Shown here in pieces: positions 46,377 through 54,960 of a stretch of 64,000 nt of DNA. A model generated the notes under the pieces. It had not been told where the DNA came from, did no database searches, and saw only the letters and a list, made by a program, of their open reading frames with translations. The translations under genes and the position numbers were made by a program. Positions within the stretch are counted from its first letter, which is position 1, and every line of letters starts with the position of its first letter. This DNA is from a virus. The DNA is taken from positions 64,001 to 128,000 of IMG/VR virus record IMGVR_UViG_3300028392_000036; one strand, written 5' to 3'.

Positions 46377-46505
46377 ATGAGCAAACTCATAATTGGATTC
46401 ATTTTAGGTTTGGTGGTCAGTGCTGTTGGATTTTCGGGCATTGCTCGAATGTTTGACAAAGGCGTACAGACCATCCAAACCCAAAGCAAGGAACTGGCCC
46501 AGTAA
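46377..46505 (+). CDS. 42-aa membrane protein (not in ORF track)
   Basis: SD AAGGA; MSKLIIGFILGLVVSAVGFSG. Confidence 0.6.
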   Translation: MSKLIIGFILGLVVSAVGFSGIARMFDKGVQTIQTQSKELAQ

Positions 46506-46541
46506 AACGGGCAAATCGAATCAAAATTATTGCAAAAGTGG

Positions 46542-46570
46542 TTGACCAATATACTATCTTTTGCTATAAT
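46542..46570 (+). promoter_or_regulatory. sigma70 promoter
   Basis: TTGACC-17bp-TATAAT with TG. Confidence 0.8.
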
Positions 46571-46638
46571 ATTGATATGTTGAGCAGTAATGCAAAACAT
46601 TTTTTAAACTTTAGGCAACTTTGAAAGGCAACTTTATT

Positions 46639-47001
46639 ATGTCAGCAGACAAAATGTTTACAGTAGCAGGTACCGCTACAAATCCCGATGGTACTACTAA
46701 GGCTCGCTTTGCGAACGACTTGGTAGCCCGCATCAAGATCCTTAACAAGGCTAAATGCACCAACATCAACCTGGTAGAATTGCCTCGTGCAATGACCAAG
46801 TTAGAAGCCCTCCAGTTCTTGACTGAGAATGGCATCACCGACGGCGACGCTGGCTATGCTATAGCCAACAAGCTGGCAGAGAAGACCAAGGTCGCCAAGA
46901 AAGGCGAAGTCAAGGTTGCTGGCAAAGGCGTCAAAGCCACAGCACCTAAGACCGCCAAGGCTACCGTGACTGCCGAGGCAGTTGCAAGCACTAACTCCTA
47001 A
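46639..47001 (+). CDS. Hypothetical protein with Lys/Ala-rich tail
   Basis: FTVAG...K.RFAND...RIK.L...ELP.AMTK; own promoter and terminator. Confidence 0.7.
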   Translation: MSADKMFTVAGTATNPDGTTKARFANDLVARIKILNKAKCTNINLVELPRAMTKLEALQFLTENGITDGDAGYAIANKLAEKTKVAKKGEVKVAGKGVKATAPKTAKATVTAEAVASTNS

Positions 47002-47016
47002 TCAGAGTCAGAGTGC

Positions 47017-47043
47017 CAAAAAGGCGGCTTTAGGGCCGCTTTT
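47017..47043 (+). terminator. Rho-independent terminator
   Basis: AAGGCGGCT/GGCCGCTTT stem followed by a T-tract. Confidence 0.65.
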
Positions 47044-47077
47044 CTACGACTTTTTGGTTTGGTACATAATTAATACT

Positions 47078-47329
47078 ATGCTCAAACCAGATGAATACTT
47101 ACACGAGCGCATCCAAAGTGTTATGCTTGAGGTCATGGGTGTGCTATATGGCAACAACATTACCTTGGTACATATGGGTGCCATGATGAGATTGTTGGGA
47201 GTGCCAGATCACAAGGCCGCCGAGCATGATGACGAGATGCTAGAGCTAGATGAAAAGTTTGGCGCTATGCTACTGGAATTAAATAAAAGCACACCAAAAC
47301 AAGTCCCTAAGGACGCTACTATCCATTAA
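47078..47329 (+). CDS. Hypothetical protein
   Basis: ORF with TAATG coupling to the next gene. Confidence 0.6.
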   Translation: MLKPDEYLHERIQSVMLEVMGVLYGNNITLVHMGAMMRLLGVPDHKAAEHDDEMLELDEKFGAMLLELNKSTPKQVPKDATIH

Positions 47330-47574
47330 TGACCATACCTAACTATCGTGCAGTGGAACCTCTGTACATTGTGATCTTGCGTAATACCAATCAAGCCGAA
47401 TCGTTATTTCGAACCTGGATCAAAGAGAATCGAATCGAACACGCTAACATCAACGGCAATCGCATGATGCTTCACGACCAACGTGCATTCGAACAGTTCC
47501 GTGTGACTTGGACACATTCTTGGGACGCTATTTCAGTGTGGGACACCTGGCTCAAGAGACCTGTTTATCTTTGA
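47329..47574 (+). CDS. Hypothetical protein
   Basis: ORF within a co-directional string. Confidence 0.6.
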   Translation: MTIPNYRAVEPLYIVILRNTNQAESLFRTWIKENRIEHANINGNRMMLHDQRAFEQFRVTWTHSWDAISVWDTWLKRPVYL

Positions 47575-47575
47575 T

Positions 47576-48196
47576 ATGGATCCTGTAGTGGTTGCTTACC
47601 CGCCGGGATCGTGTGGTACACGATTAACCAAAAAACTAGCCAATAGTGAGTCTTGGAATCGATACCCAAAACAACACCAACACTTTAGTACTTTACCCAC
47701 AATAAAATATAATGGGTATAACAAATATCCAGAGTCAAAAAATATAGATAATTTGTTACCAATTGAAATCGAACAACCGATAATTGCAGTACATTCCTTG
47801 CACGGCCAAACAATTTCTAAAGTGTTTCCAGGGCGACAAATCGTCAAGGTGCAGGCAAGTTTTTACAAATCCTTGCGACGATGGTGGTATGTATATGGTA
47901 ATCAGTGGTATCAAAAACGGTCGCCGCCCCTGGACCTTTTTTTTCGGCCGTTGCAAAGACATCTAACACCGTGTCAACAAGTCATTGCATATCATGCAAC
48001 CTACTACGAAACTAATGTAGATACTGTTGCTGATCAATGTTGGAAAATTGAACCAGGACAATCGGATTTTGCTGACTTTGTACTGGAAGAATTTGAATTC
48101 CCACATGATTCAGAATTTGATGATGCTTGGAATTACATCAAAGAGATTGCTGATTTTACTGCAATGAAATCAGATCAATTGATCTGTTCAAAATAA
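47576..48196 (+). CDS. Hypothetical protein (P-loop/sulfotransferase-like N-terminus)
   Basis: VVVAYPPGSCGT.L N-terminal motif. Confidence 0.5.
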   Translation: MDPVVVAYPPGSCGTRLTKKLANSESWNRYPKQHQHFSTLPTIKYNGYNKYPESKNIDNLLPIEIEQPIIAVHSLHGQTISKVFPGRQIVKVQASFYKSLRRWWYVYGNQWYQKRSPPLDLFFRPLQRHLTPCQQVIAYHATYYETNVDTVADQCWKIEPGQSDFADFVLEEFEFPHDSEFDDAWNYIKEIADFTAMKSDQLICSK

Positions 48197-48263
48197 TTGC
48201 ATCCAGTGCAACTAATGTGTATAATTAACTGGTGCGAAATGCACTTATTATAAAGGAAATACT

Positions 48264-48449
48264 ATGACACAACACGAACAAATCGTGGCCGCTTATGAAA
48301 CTTACTTGGCCGAGAATGCCAAGTTCGCCGACAAGGGCGTTAAAGCCAGCGCCGCTCGTGCTAGAAAAGCTCTGCAAGAAATGAGCAAGGGCATTAAAGA
48401 GCGTCGCAAAGAGATCACTACAGAAAAAGAAGCCTTGGCCGCCAAATAA
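48264..48449 (+). CDS. Histone H1-like (Hc1-type) small basic protein
   Basis: KF..KGVKASAARARKAL.E..K..KE.RKEI; TTGCAT-17bp-TATAAT promoter at 48197-48225. Confidence 0.7.
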   Translation: MTQHEQIVAAYETYLAENAKFADKGVKASAARARKALQEMSKGIKERRKEITTEKEALAAK

Positions 48450-48646
48450 TGCCAATTGTTCAAGTAGTAGAAGATCCAGATAATCCAGGAGAACTACTGT
48501 TGGATTTGGGTCTTGAACTGTGTGCTGAAATCGGATTGAAAGTAGGCGACACAGTAGAATGGATAGATCAAAAGGACGGCTCATGGCTGTTACAGAAATC
48601 AAAGACCTCAGCGAGTTGCTCGACCAACTCAACACAAAATCTTTAG
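48449..48646 (+). CDS. AbrB/MazE-like small protein
   Basis: GELLL.L..E....GL.VGD.VEW....DG pattern. Confidence 0.55.
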   Translation: MPIVQVVEDPDNPGELLLDLGLELCAEIGLKVGDTVEWIDQKDGSWLLQKSKTSASCSTNSTQNL

Positions 48647-49110
48647 AAGACACGCACTTCAAGTGGACTGCCGATACTATTGAGCCACAGACAACTTACA
48701 GTATATCTAGTGGTGGGACATTTAGTCCCTCATATGGTGCTGTGCCTAATGTGGCTATTAGTGGTAGCACTATGAGTGCCACCGGTATCAATGTTACCAG
48801 TCCTGTTTGGACAACTAACACCACTGCTGGCAGTTACAGTTTTACTGGCCTGAACGTTCAACCCAACAACACAGTCCATATCAAAGGTGAAGACGCTGAT
48901 CTCTTGATCAACGACAAGAGTCTCAAGACCTGGATGGAAAAGGTAGAAGAGCGGCTCAACATCTTGACACCCAATCCTGAACTTGAGAAAGAGTGGGATG
49001 ATTTGCGTAGACTAGGCGAGCGTTATCGCAAACTAGAGAAGAAATGTCGAGAAAAAGCAGACGTGTGGAAGAAATTAAAAAGTATGCCTAAACCCAATAT
49101 TAACATATGA
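48583..49110 (+). CDS. Hypothetical protein
   Basis: Thr/Ser-rich middle and C-terminal coiled coil (EERLNIL.PNPELE..W). Confidence 0.65.
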   Translation: MAVTEIKDLSELLDQLNTKSLEDTHFKWTADTIEPQTTYSISSGGTFSPSYGAVPNVAISGSTMSATGINVTSPVWTTNTTAGSYSFTGLNVQPNNTVHIKGEDADLLINDKSLKTWMEKVEERLNILTPNPELEKEWDDLRRLGERYRKLEKKCREKADVWKKLKSMPKPNINI

Positions 49111-49883
49111 ATAGTAAACAAAGAATCAAACACATAACCAAGTGGATCAAGTCCTATGCCCGGAGTGCCAAAATTGACACTTTGGTAGTGGGAATTTCAG
49201 GCGGCATTGACTCCAGTGTGGTATCCACGCTGTGCGCTGAAACAGGACTCAAAACCATTGTGGTCCAAATGCCCATCCGTCAGAATCGAAAACTGGACAA
49301 TCGCAGTAGTATGCAGGCTGGGTGGTTGCTGGAACGCTACAAAAATGTCACACACGTGAGCATGGATCTAACTTCAGTGTTCACAGCATTTGAAAAGAAA
49401 CTTGAACCAGTGTGCCGAGACAGCAATGACATAACGCTGGCATTTGCCAACAGCCGTGCTAGACTACGCATGATGACCTTGTACCAAATTGCACAAAGTT
49501 ATAGTGGTATTGTTGTGGGCACAGGCAATCGGGTTGAAGACTTTGGCGTGGGCTTTTTTACCAAGTACGGTGACGGCGGGGTTGACATCAGCCCCATTGG
49601 CGACTGCATGAAAACTGCTGTTTGGGACATGGGCAGAGAGTTTGGATTGCCCCAAGAAATCATTGATGCCGAACCTACTGACGGACTCTGGGACGATGAC
49701 CGCACCGACGAAGGACAACTGGGCATGACCTACCCCGAGTTAGAAACGGCTATGGTCCAAGCAGAAACAAATTCTGGTGTGGACAACAAAACTGAAAAAG
49801 ATAATCTCAAGAAGTATCGAGCAATTCGAGCCAGAAACCTGCACAAGATGGAACCAATTCCTGTGTGCCAAATCTCTGAATAA
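49107..49883 (+). CDS. nadE: NH3-dependent NAD+ synthetase
   Basis: GISGGIDSSV, ANSRARLRM, VGTGN..E...GFFTKYGDG, PTDGLW and DE.QLG..Y. Confidence 0.95.
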   Translation: MNSKQRIKHITKWIKSYARSAKIDTLVVGISGGIDSSVVSTLCAETGLKTIVVQMPIRQNRKLDNRSSMQAGWLLERYKNVTHVSMDLTSVFTAFEKKLEPVCRDSNDITLAFANSRARLRMMTLYQIAQSYSGIVVGTGNRVEDFGVGFFTKYGDGGVDISPIGDCMKTAVWDMGREFGLPQEIIDAEPTDGLWDDDRTDEGQLGMTYPELETAMVQAETNSGVDNKTEKDNLKKYRAIRARNLHKMEPIPVCQISE

Positions 49884-49965
49884 AGTAAGCCGTTTACTCC
49901 AAAACGGCACCTTTTTCACCCGGTCTGAGCCCGGTTCTGCAATCAACTGAGTAAGTAAAACTACC

Positions 49966-50541
49966 ATGAAAGCACAAGTAAACTACATCAGCGATCAACT
50001 CGCAATTTGGAGTTCAAGAGCCTTCCGAGTCGCAGGACTTTGGATTGTTGCCCTAGCTGTGATCGCTGTATGCAATCACAAGTTAAATGATCTCCGTGCA
50101 GGCATTGAATCAATGCCTGCTGGTTATGTGTCAGCTACAGAAAAAATTCGATCCTTGGATTGTTTGACACGCAACATCTACTGGGAAGCCGCATCAGAGC
50201 CTTTTGAAGGCAAAGTTGCTGTGGCCCAAGTCACAATGAATAGACTAGCATCAGGACGCTTTGGCGACAGTGTCTGCGGTGTAATCTATCAGAAAAACGT
50301 ATTCTACGAACGAGTAATCTGCCAGTTTAGTTGGGTGTGTGAAAGCACTCACAAAACTCGGCCAGTGCATCAACCCTTGTGGGCAGAGTCAGAATTGGTA
50401 GCCAAAAAAGTGCTACTGGAAAACTTTAGACTGCCCAGTTTAAAAGGCGCACTTTATTATCACGCAGACTATGTTAGCCCGGGTTGGCAAAAACCCAAAA
50501 TTGATAAAATCGGTCGTCACATCTTTTACGGAGAGCGTTAA
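49966..50541 (+). CDS. Cell wall hydrolase (SleB/Hydrolase_2) with N-terminal TM anchor
   Basis: CL..NIYWEA..E...G..AVAQV..NR, CQFSW, YYHADYV.P.W and IG.HIFY. Confidence 0.92.
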   Translation: MKAQVNYISDQLAIWSSRAFRVAGLWIVALAVIAVCNHKLNDLRAGIESMPAGYVSATEKIRSLDCLTRNIYWEAASEPFEGKVAVAQVTMNRLASGRFGDSVCGVIYQKNVFYERVICQFSWVCESTHKTRPVHQPLWAESELVAKKVLLENFRLPSLKGALYYHADYVSPGWQKPKIDKIGRHIFYGER

Positions 50542-50855
50542 TGCCTTTCAATCTTCCTGTTGCAATCATTGCTGTTCGTGATTACATTACTAACAGCCTG
50601 GCACGACTTTCGGCAGATACACTGGGCTGGTTGGCGGCCATCGTATTACATTGTGCAACCCTGCCCAGTTTCCTGGCCTTGATGACCGGGCTTTCGGACA
50701 AGACCCCGAGTTTGGACATCATCCTGTTTCTCTGGGGCGGTTTGATCCTGTTGTTCTTGCGGGCGGTAGTACTGAAAGATATGCTAAACATTGTGACCAT
50801 TGGCGTTGGGTTTATGCTACAGGCTGGATTCTTGGCCTTGATCCTGTTTAAGTAA
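50541..50855 (+). CDS. Small multi-TM membrane protein
   Basis: Three hydrophobic segments; coupled to the hydrolase gene. Confidence 0.7.
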   Translation: MPFNLPVAIIAVRDYITNSLARLSADTLGWLAAIVLHCATLPSFLALMTGLSDKTPSLDIILFLWGGLILLFLRAVVLKDMLNIVTIGVGFMLQAGFLALILFK

Positions 50856-50858
50856 AAA

Positions 50859-50894
50859 GTATTACTTGACCACAAACTCTGAATATGCTATAAT
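50859..50894 (+). promoter_or_regulatory. Operator half-site plus sigma70 promoter (predicted leaderless)
   Basis: GTATTAC abutting TTGACC-17bp-TATAAT; ATG 6 nt later. Confidence 0.75.
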
Positions 50895-50900
50895 ATAGGC

Positions 50901-51140
50901 ATGTTTAAGACAGCCAAACACACTTACCGAACGCTCAAGCAAAGTGATCCTAACTTTAGTTTCAGCCCTGACGGCATTACTCTGGTGCCACGTGCCGGTT
51001 TTGAGATTTCGTCTGGGTGCCCCGGCAACTATGCAGACATCATTCGTGAGTGTATCAACCACGGTTGGCTCAAACCGGTTGCCCATATGCGTGACGAAGA
51101 ACTAACTTGGGAATTATTGAAATATGAAACTCTGCCCTAA
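50901..51140 (+). CDS. Hypothetical protein
   Basis: ORF at the predicted +1 of the promoter. Confidence 0.65.
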   Translation: MFKTAKHTYRTLKQSDPNFSFSPDGITLVPRAGFEISSGCPGNYADIIRECINHGWLKPVAHMRDEELTWELLKYETLP

Positions 51141-51345
51141 ATGCGATGATCGAGCCCTGTGCTGTGATCACTGTGCCTACTTCAACTTCAACGGAGATGC
51201 AGACGGTGCCTACACTGGCGACGGTTGGTGCCGCTTGCACAAGCGAGCAGAAGACCCCGGCAGTCTCTGTGACGAGTACGTTTGTTTTGAACTCTTAGCA
51301 AAGGACGCACCCAATGTCGATGCATCTACACCATCCCAGTCTTAG
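51124..51345 (+). CDS. Cys-rich small protein
   Basis: CPKC...CCDHC...C..H...C. Confidence 0.6.
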   Translation: MKLCPKCDDRALCCDHCAYFNFNGDADGAYTGDGWCRLHKRAEDPGSLCDEYVCFELLAKDAPNVDASTPSQS

Positions 51346-51703
51346 TCTCAACGGTCGTAAAAAAGGCAAGGTCAAGTTTCGTAATGCAGACGAGGCTCGC
51401 AAGGCACGTGAATTAGATACCTCGTGGAAAGAATTAAAAAAGAAGTGGGACGTGGATGCTGAAGAAAAGCGTCGTAATCGTGCCTTGAAGGCCGAACCGC
51501 TTGATTATAAACTGACCACTCCTGCTGGTCGTAGCACCGCGCATATACCCAGTCTGTCAACTCCTGGTGGATCTACAGCACCTGTTTACAAAGTTTATAC
51601 AGGTACCAAGGTCAAAGGTATTGCTACCATGCACAAGTCAAATGCTGTGCCTGTGTTCTCAAACGAAGAGGCTGTGGAGATTTCCAGAATGCGACGTGGA
51701 TGA
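51314..51703 (+). CDS. Basic hypothetical phage protein
   Basis: C-terminal YTGT...GIATMHKSNAVPVF...A.EIS.MRR. Confidence 0.7.
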   Translation: MSMHLHHPSLSLNGRKKGKVKFRNADEARKARELDTSWKELKKKWDVDAEEKRRNRALKAEPLDYKLTTPAGRSTAHIPSLSTPGGSTAPVYKVYTGTKVKGIATMHKSNAVPVFSNEEAVEISRMRRG

Positions 51704-51960
51704 AAGATCTGTATTCCACACCCGAAGCCAGACTGGACACTATACTGGGCGAGGTTAGTTTCTGGGCACAGATGCAACGATGCAGACTATCTGAAGAGGG
51801 TGAGAAGAATTGTCGCACAGGCGCAGACACAATCACATGGTTTAGAGACACTTGGGGCATACAACTGTTACCCTCAGATGATACCATATTTGGATTTCAG
51901 CGTGGAGTCAACATTGTGGATGAGCAAAAGTACATGATATTTTTATTGAAGTGGTCATGA
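51700..51960 (+). CDS. Small hypothetical protein (D.....F.LKW family)
   Basis: C-terminal IVDEQKYMIFLLKWS. Confidence 0.6.
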   Translation: MKDLYSTPEARLDTILGEVSFWAQMQRCRLSEEGEKNCRTGADTITWFRDTWGIQLLPSDDTIFGFQRGVNIVDEQKYMIFLLKWS

Positions 51961-51998
51961 TTAAAAAACGTTTATTAACCTATAAGGGAGATTTTGTA

Positions 51999-52382
51999 AT
52001 GGGTGGTATGTGGGAAAAAGATGAAGTGGTGCGCCTGCTCAAAGGCGTGCCGGGCACACAATATCAAGAAGCAGACGATCAAGTCAAAGAACAGATGCGT
52101 GAGTGGATCCGTGGTCTGTTACAGAACAGCGCAATCAATGTAACATTCACCAAAGCCGACGGAACCGATCGTGACATGCTGTGTACTCTAGATCACAGTA
52201 GGATTCCGGTTAGCATAGCAAAACCAGTGCAGTCAGTAGATGGTATTGTGCGTGAAAGTCGGAAGCCTCGCAAAGAACCTGACCCACATAGTATTCGGGT
52301 GTTTGATTTGCAAAAACAAGAGTGGCGCAGTTTCCGTTTTGACAGACTCCGAAAGGTCACAGCCACCTTGGATTTCCAATAA
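51999..52382 (+). CDS. WYL-like/SH3 beta-barrel phage protein
   Basis: VTFTKADGT.R.M.CTL...VFDL.KQEWRSFR. Confidence 0.7.
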   Translation: MGGMWEKDEVVRLLKGVPGTQYQEADDQVKEQMREWIRGLLQNSAINVTFTKADGTDRDMLCTLDHSRIPVSIAKPVQSVDGIVRESRKPRKEPDPHSIRVFDLQKQEWRSFRFDRLRKVTATLDFQ

Positions 52383-52392
52383 GTAATACTCA

Positions 52393-52611
52393 ATGGCAAA
52401 AGAAGATATTATAAACATGGAGGGTCGAGTAGAAGAAGTACTACCAGCCGCCATGTTCCGGGTAAAAATAGACAACATCAACAACGTGGTACTAGCACAC
52501 TTATCCGGGCGTATGCGCAAGAACAACATCAAAGTCCTCTTGGGAGATCGGGTAGAAATGGAATTTAGCCCATATGATCTTACCAAGGGACGTATTACTC
52601 GTCGCAAATAA
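52393..52611 (+). CDS. infA: Translation initiation factor IF-1
   Basis: [32 protein letters not shown] and [11 protein letters not shown]. Confidence 0.96.
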   Translation: MAKEDIINMEGRVEEVLPAAMFRVKIDNINNVVLAHLSGRMRKNNIKVLLGDRVEMEFSPYDLTKGRITRRK

Positions 52612-52618
52612 ATACAAG

Positions 52619-53167
52619 ATGGAATTACGCAACCACATCAATCTTGTAGAAGCAAGCACCCGTCCAGCAAAACTGGAAACTACCCCTCTCCCTTACGGTG
52701 TCAAAGACCTTGAGCCTGTGATGAGCAGAGCCACTATCGACTATCATTTTGAACACCTAGCCAAAGGCTATGCAAAGCGTTACAACGCAGGAGAAGGCAA
52801 TGCGGATTTTAATCGTGCTGGCAGTTTTCTACACAATAAATTTTTCCCTCAGCTTCGGGCTCCCAAGGGCGCAAACAAGCCCCGCGGTGCAGTACTCGCG
52901 CTGATAGAAGAAAACTTCAAGACTTGGGAAGATTTCAAGGAGCAGTTTAAAGAAACTGCAATGAAGATCCAGGGGTCTGGTTGGGTTTACTTGAGCACTG
53001 GTGGTACAATCAAAACAATCCCCAATCATCAAGTTCGCACTGATATCTGCTGTTTAGTAGACTGGTGGGAACACGCCTGGAGTTTAGACTACCAGTGGGA
53101 CAAAGAAAAATACCTAGACAATATCTGGAAGATTATTGACTGGGACGTTTGTAACGAAAGACTATAA
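52619..53167 (+). CDS. Fe/Mn superoxide dismutase (divergent)
   Basis: LPY...LEP..S..T..YH, LHNKFF, GSGW and DWWEHA; all four metal ligands present. Confidence 0.85.
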   Translation: MELRNHINLVEASTRPAKLETTPLPYGVKDLEPVMSRATIDYHFEHLAKGYAKRYNAGEGNADFNRAGSFLHNKFFPQLRAPKGANKPRGAVLALIEENFKTWEDFKEQFKETAMKIQGSGWVYLSTGGTIKTIPNHQVRTDICCLVDWWEHAWSLDYQWDKEKYLDNIWKIIDWDVCNERL

Positions 53168-53487
53168 TGATATTAGAAACTGGTGCTGTGGCTAAATTAC
53201 GTGACCTAGTTGCTGAAGAGGGCAATCCTGGACTCATGTTACGAGTGTTTGTTCAAGGTGGAGGATGCTCAGGAATGAGCTATGGTTTCACATTTGAAGA
53301 AGTGCAAAACGAGGACGACTTTGACTTTGCGTATGAAGATGTACGGGTTGTAGTAGATAGCATGAGCATGCAATATCTACAAGGTGCCTCAATTGACTAC
53401 AAAGAAGATTTGATGGGTGCCAGTTTTGTGATCAACAATCCACAGGCGCAAACCACTTGTGGTTGCGGAAGCAGTTTCTCAATTTAA
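53167..53487 (+). CDS. erpA: A-type Fe-S cluster carrier ErpA/IscA
   Basis: [26 protein letters not shown] and [11 protein letters not shown]. Confidence 0.92.
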   Translation: MILETGAVAKLRDLVAEEGNPGLMLRVFVQGGGCSGMSYGFTFEEVQNEDDFDFAYEDVRVVVDSMSMQYLQGASIDYKEDLMGASFVINNPQAQTTCGCGSSFSI

Positions 53488-54587
53488 CTGTAGTAAGCGA
53501 TTGTAAAGTCTCTCCAACTACCGCTTTGATAAACCTGCGGTAAATTACTAGTAGTATTGTAAACCATATCCCCATTGCTTGGAGACAACGCATCAATTTG
53601 AGATTGTGTTAAGTTAGGCAATCTAAATGCACTAGTAGTTCCGGTGCTAATCACAGTGTTAGCAATCACCACATCAGCAATAATAGTGTTAGATGTAGTA
53701 ATATTACCAGTAGCAGATATACTGCCAGTGGACGAAATATTGCCACCACTCACATTACCAGTTGTTGAAACAGGACTACCAGCAGGAATAGTTACATTAC
53801 CAACAAAGTTTGCCCCGTAAACATTACCAATTGCACTTACTGTTCCACTGGTTAAAAGATTGCCCCCGGTGATATTGCCGGTGGTGCTCATTGCGCCACC
53901 TGCTGGTGGGATCACATTGCCAACAAAGTTTGCACCATATACATTGCCACCTGCGGACAATATTCCTGTGGTTACTACATTACCAACAACATTACCAACA
54001 ATATTACCAACAACATTACCAACAAAGTTTATGCCGGTGATGTTGCCACCTGCTGATATTGTGCCGACACTGGTAATATTACCTCCTGTAATATTACCCC
54101 CTGACGTGACCGATCCACCAGCACTTACTATACCAGCTGTGAGTAAATTACCGCCGGTGATGTTGCCAACTGAAACAATTGAATTGGAACCTCCCAGTTG
54201 ATTTAGAACAAATGCTGTGGTAGCAATTTGAGTTGTAGAAGTGCCATTTGCGGCAGTGGGTGCTGTGGGTGTACCAGTAAATGCAGGACTGGCTTTTTGT
54301 GCCTGAACATAATCTTGACTGGCCAATGCTGACCAGGCATTGGCGCTGTTGTATGCAGAAAGAACGTCTGTGGAACTGTTGTACCAAAGTTGTCCTAGAA
54401 TTGGTTGCAATGGTGCAGTTGAGTTGGCAAAATTTTCCAACAAATACACGTAGTTTTCGTTTTCGTAGGTACCGTAATCTGTTACTGCCCGGCCTACTAG
54501 GGCCAAGTCTGTGGCGGTGGTGTTAACAGTACCGTCTGCAACGATTGCAATTACATTTCCACGGCTGTTGTTGATAATATATGACAT
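53484..54587 (-). CDS. Tail fibre/baseplate-associated virion protein
   Basis: NEN...LLENFA...P...[17 protein letters not shown]...QIATTAFV and GNITGGN repeats. Confidence 0.8.
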   Translation of the reverse strand: MSYIINNSRGNVIAIVADGTVNTTATDLALVGRAVTDYGTYENENYVYLLENFANSTAPLQPILGQLWYNSSTDVLSAYNSANAWSALASQDYVQAQKASPAFTGTPTAPTAANGTSTTQIATTAFVLNQLGGSNSIVSVGNITGGNLLTAGIVSAGGSVTSGGNITGGNITSVGTISAGGNITGINFVGNVVGNIVGNVVGNVVTTGILSAGGNVYGANFVGNVIPPAGGAMSTTGNITGGNLLTSGTVSAIGNVYGANFVGNVTIPAGSPVSTTGNVSGGNISSTGSISATGNITTSNTIIADVVIANTVISTGTTSAFRLPNLTQSQIDALSPSNGDMVYNTTSNLPQVYQSGSWRDFTIAYYS

Positions 54588-54678
54588 TGATAGCTCCGAA
54601 TGCTTGTATTTAGCGATAGATTGGGTTCGCAAGCCTGTGTACAAAGTTTGGTAAATACAGCACTAGGACTGCAAATTT

Positions 54679-54957
54679 ATGACACAGCAAATAATCAATG
54701 TAGGAAACGTGGCCAACGATGGACAAGGTACTCCGCTACGCACAGCGTTTCAGTATATAAACAGCAACTTTACTGAACTTTATAATAGTGTATCCACACC
54801 AACAGCATTAGCCAATTTAACTGCTGTAGCAGGTGCTCGTGCATTTGTTAACAATGGTAATTTAGTAGCAACAGGTAATTTTGGAGCTCAAATTGGCAGT
54901 GGTGGTTCAAATGTTGTACCTGTGTGGAGCAACGGCACCAACTGGTACGTGGGATAA
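54679..54957 (+). CDS. Small virion structural protein
   Basis: INVG..ANDG.G.PLR.AF..IN.NFTELY motif typical of myovirus baseplate/tail proteins. Confidence 0.7.
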   Translation: MTQQIINVGNVANDGQGTPLRTAFQYINSNFTELYNSVSTPTALANLTAVAGARAFVNNGNLVATGNFGAQIGSGGSNVVPVWSNGTNWYVG

Positions 54958-54960
54958 TCG

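Noticed and set aside
49889-49935. Paired hairpins between nadE and the cell wall hydrolase as a riboswitch
   Set aside because: There is no recognisable aptamer consensus; a weak terminator is the simpler reading.
53700-54170. Tandem ACATTACCAACA-like DNA repeats as a DGR or contingency locus
   Set aside because: They are explained by GNVV/GNIT peptide repeats of the fibre protein; no reverse transcriptase or adenine-specific variant pair was seen.
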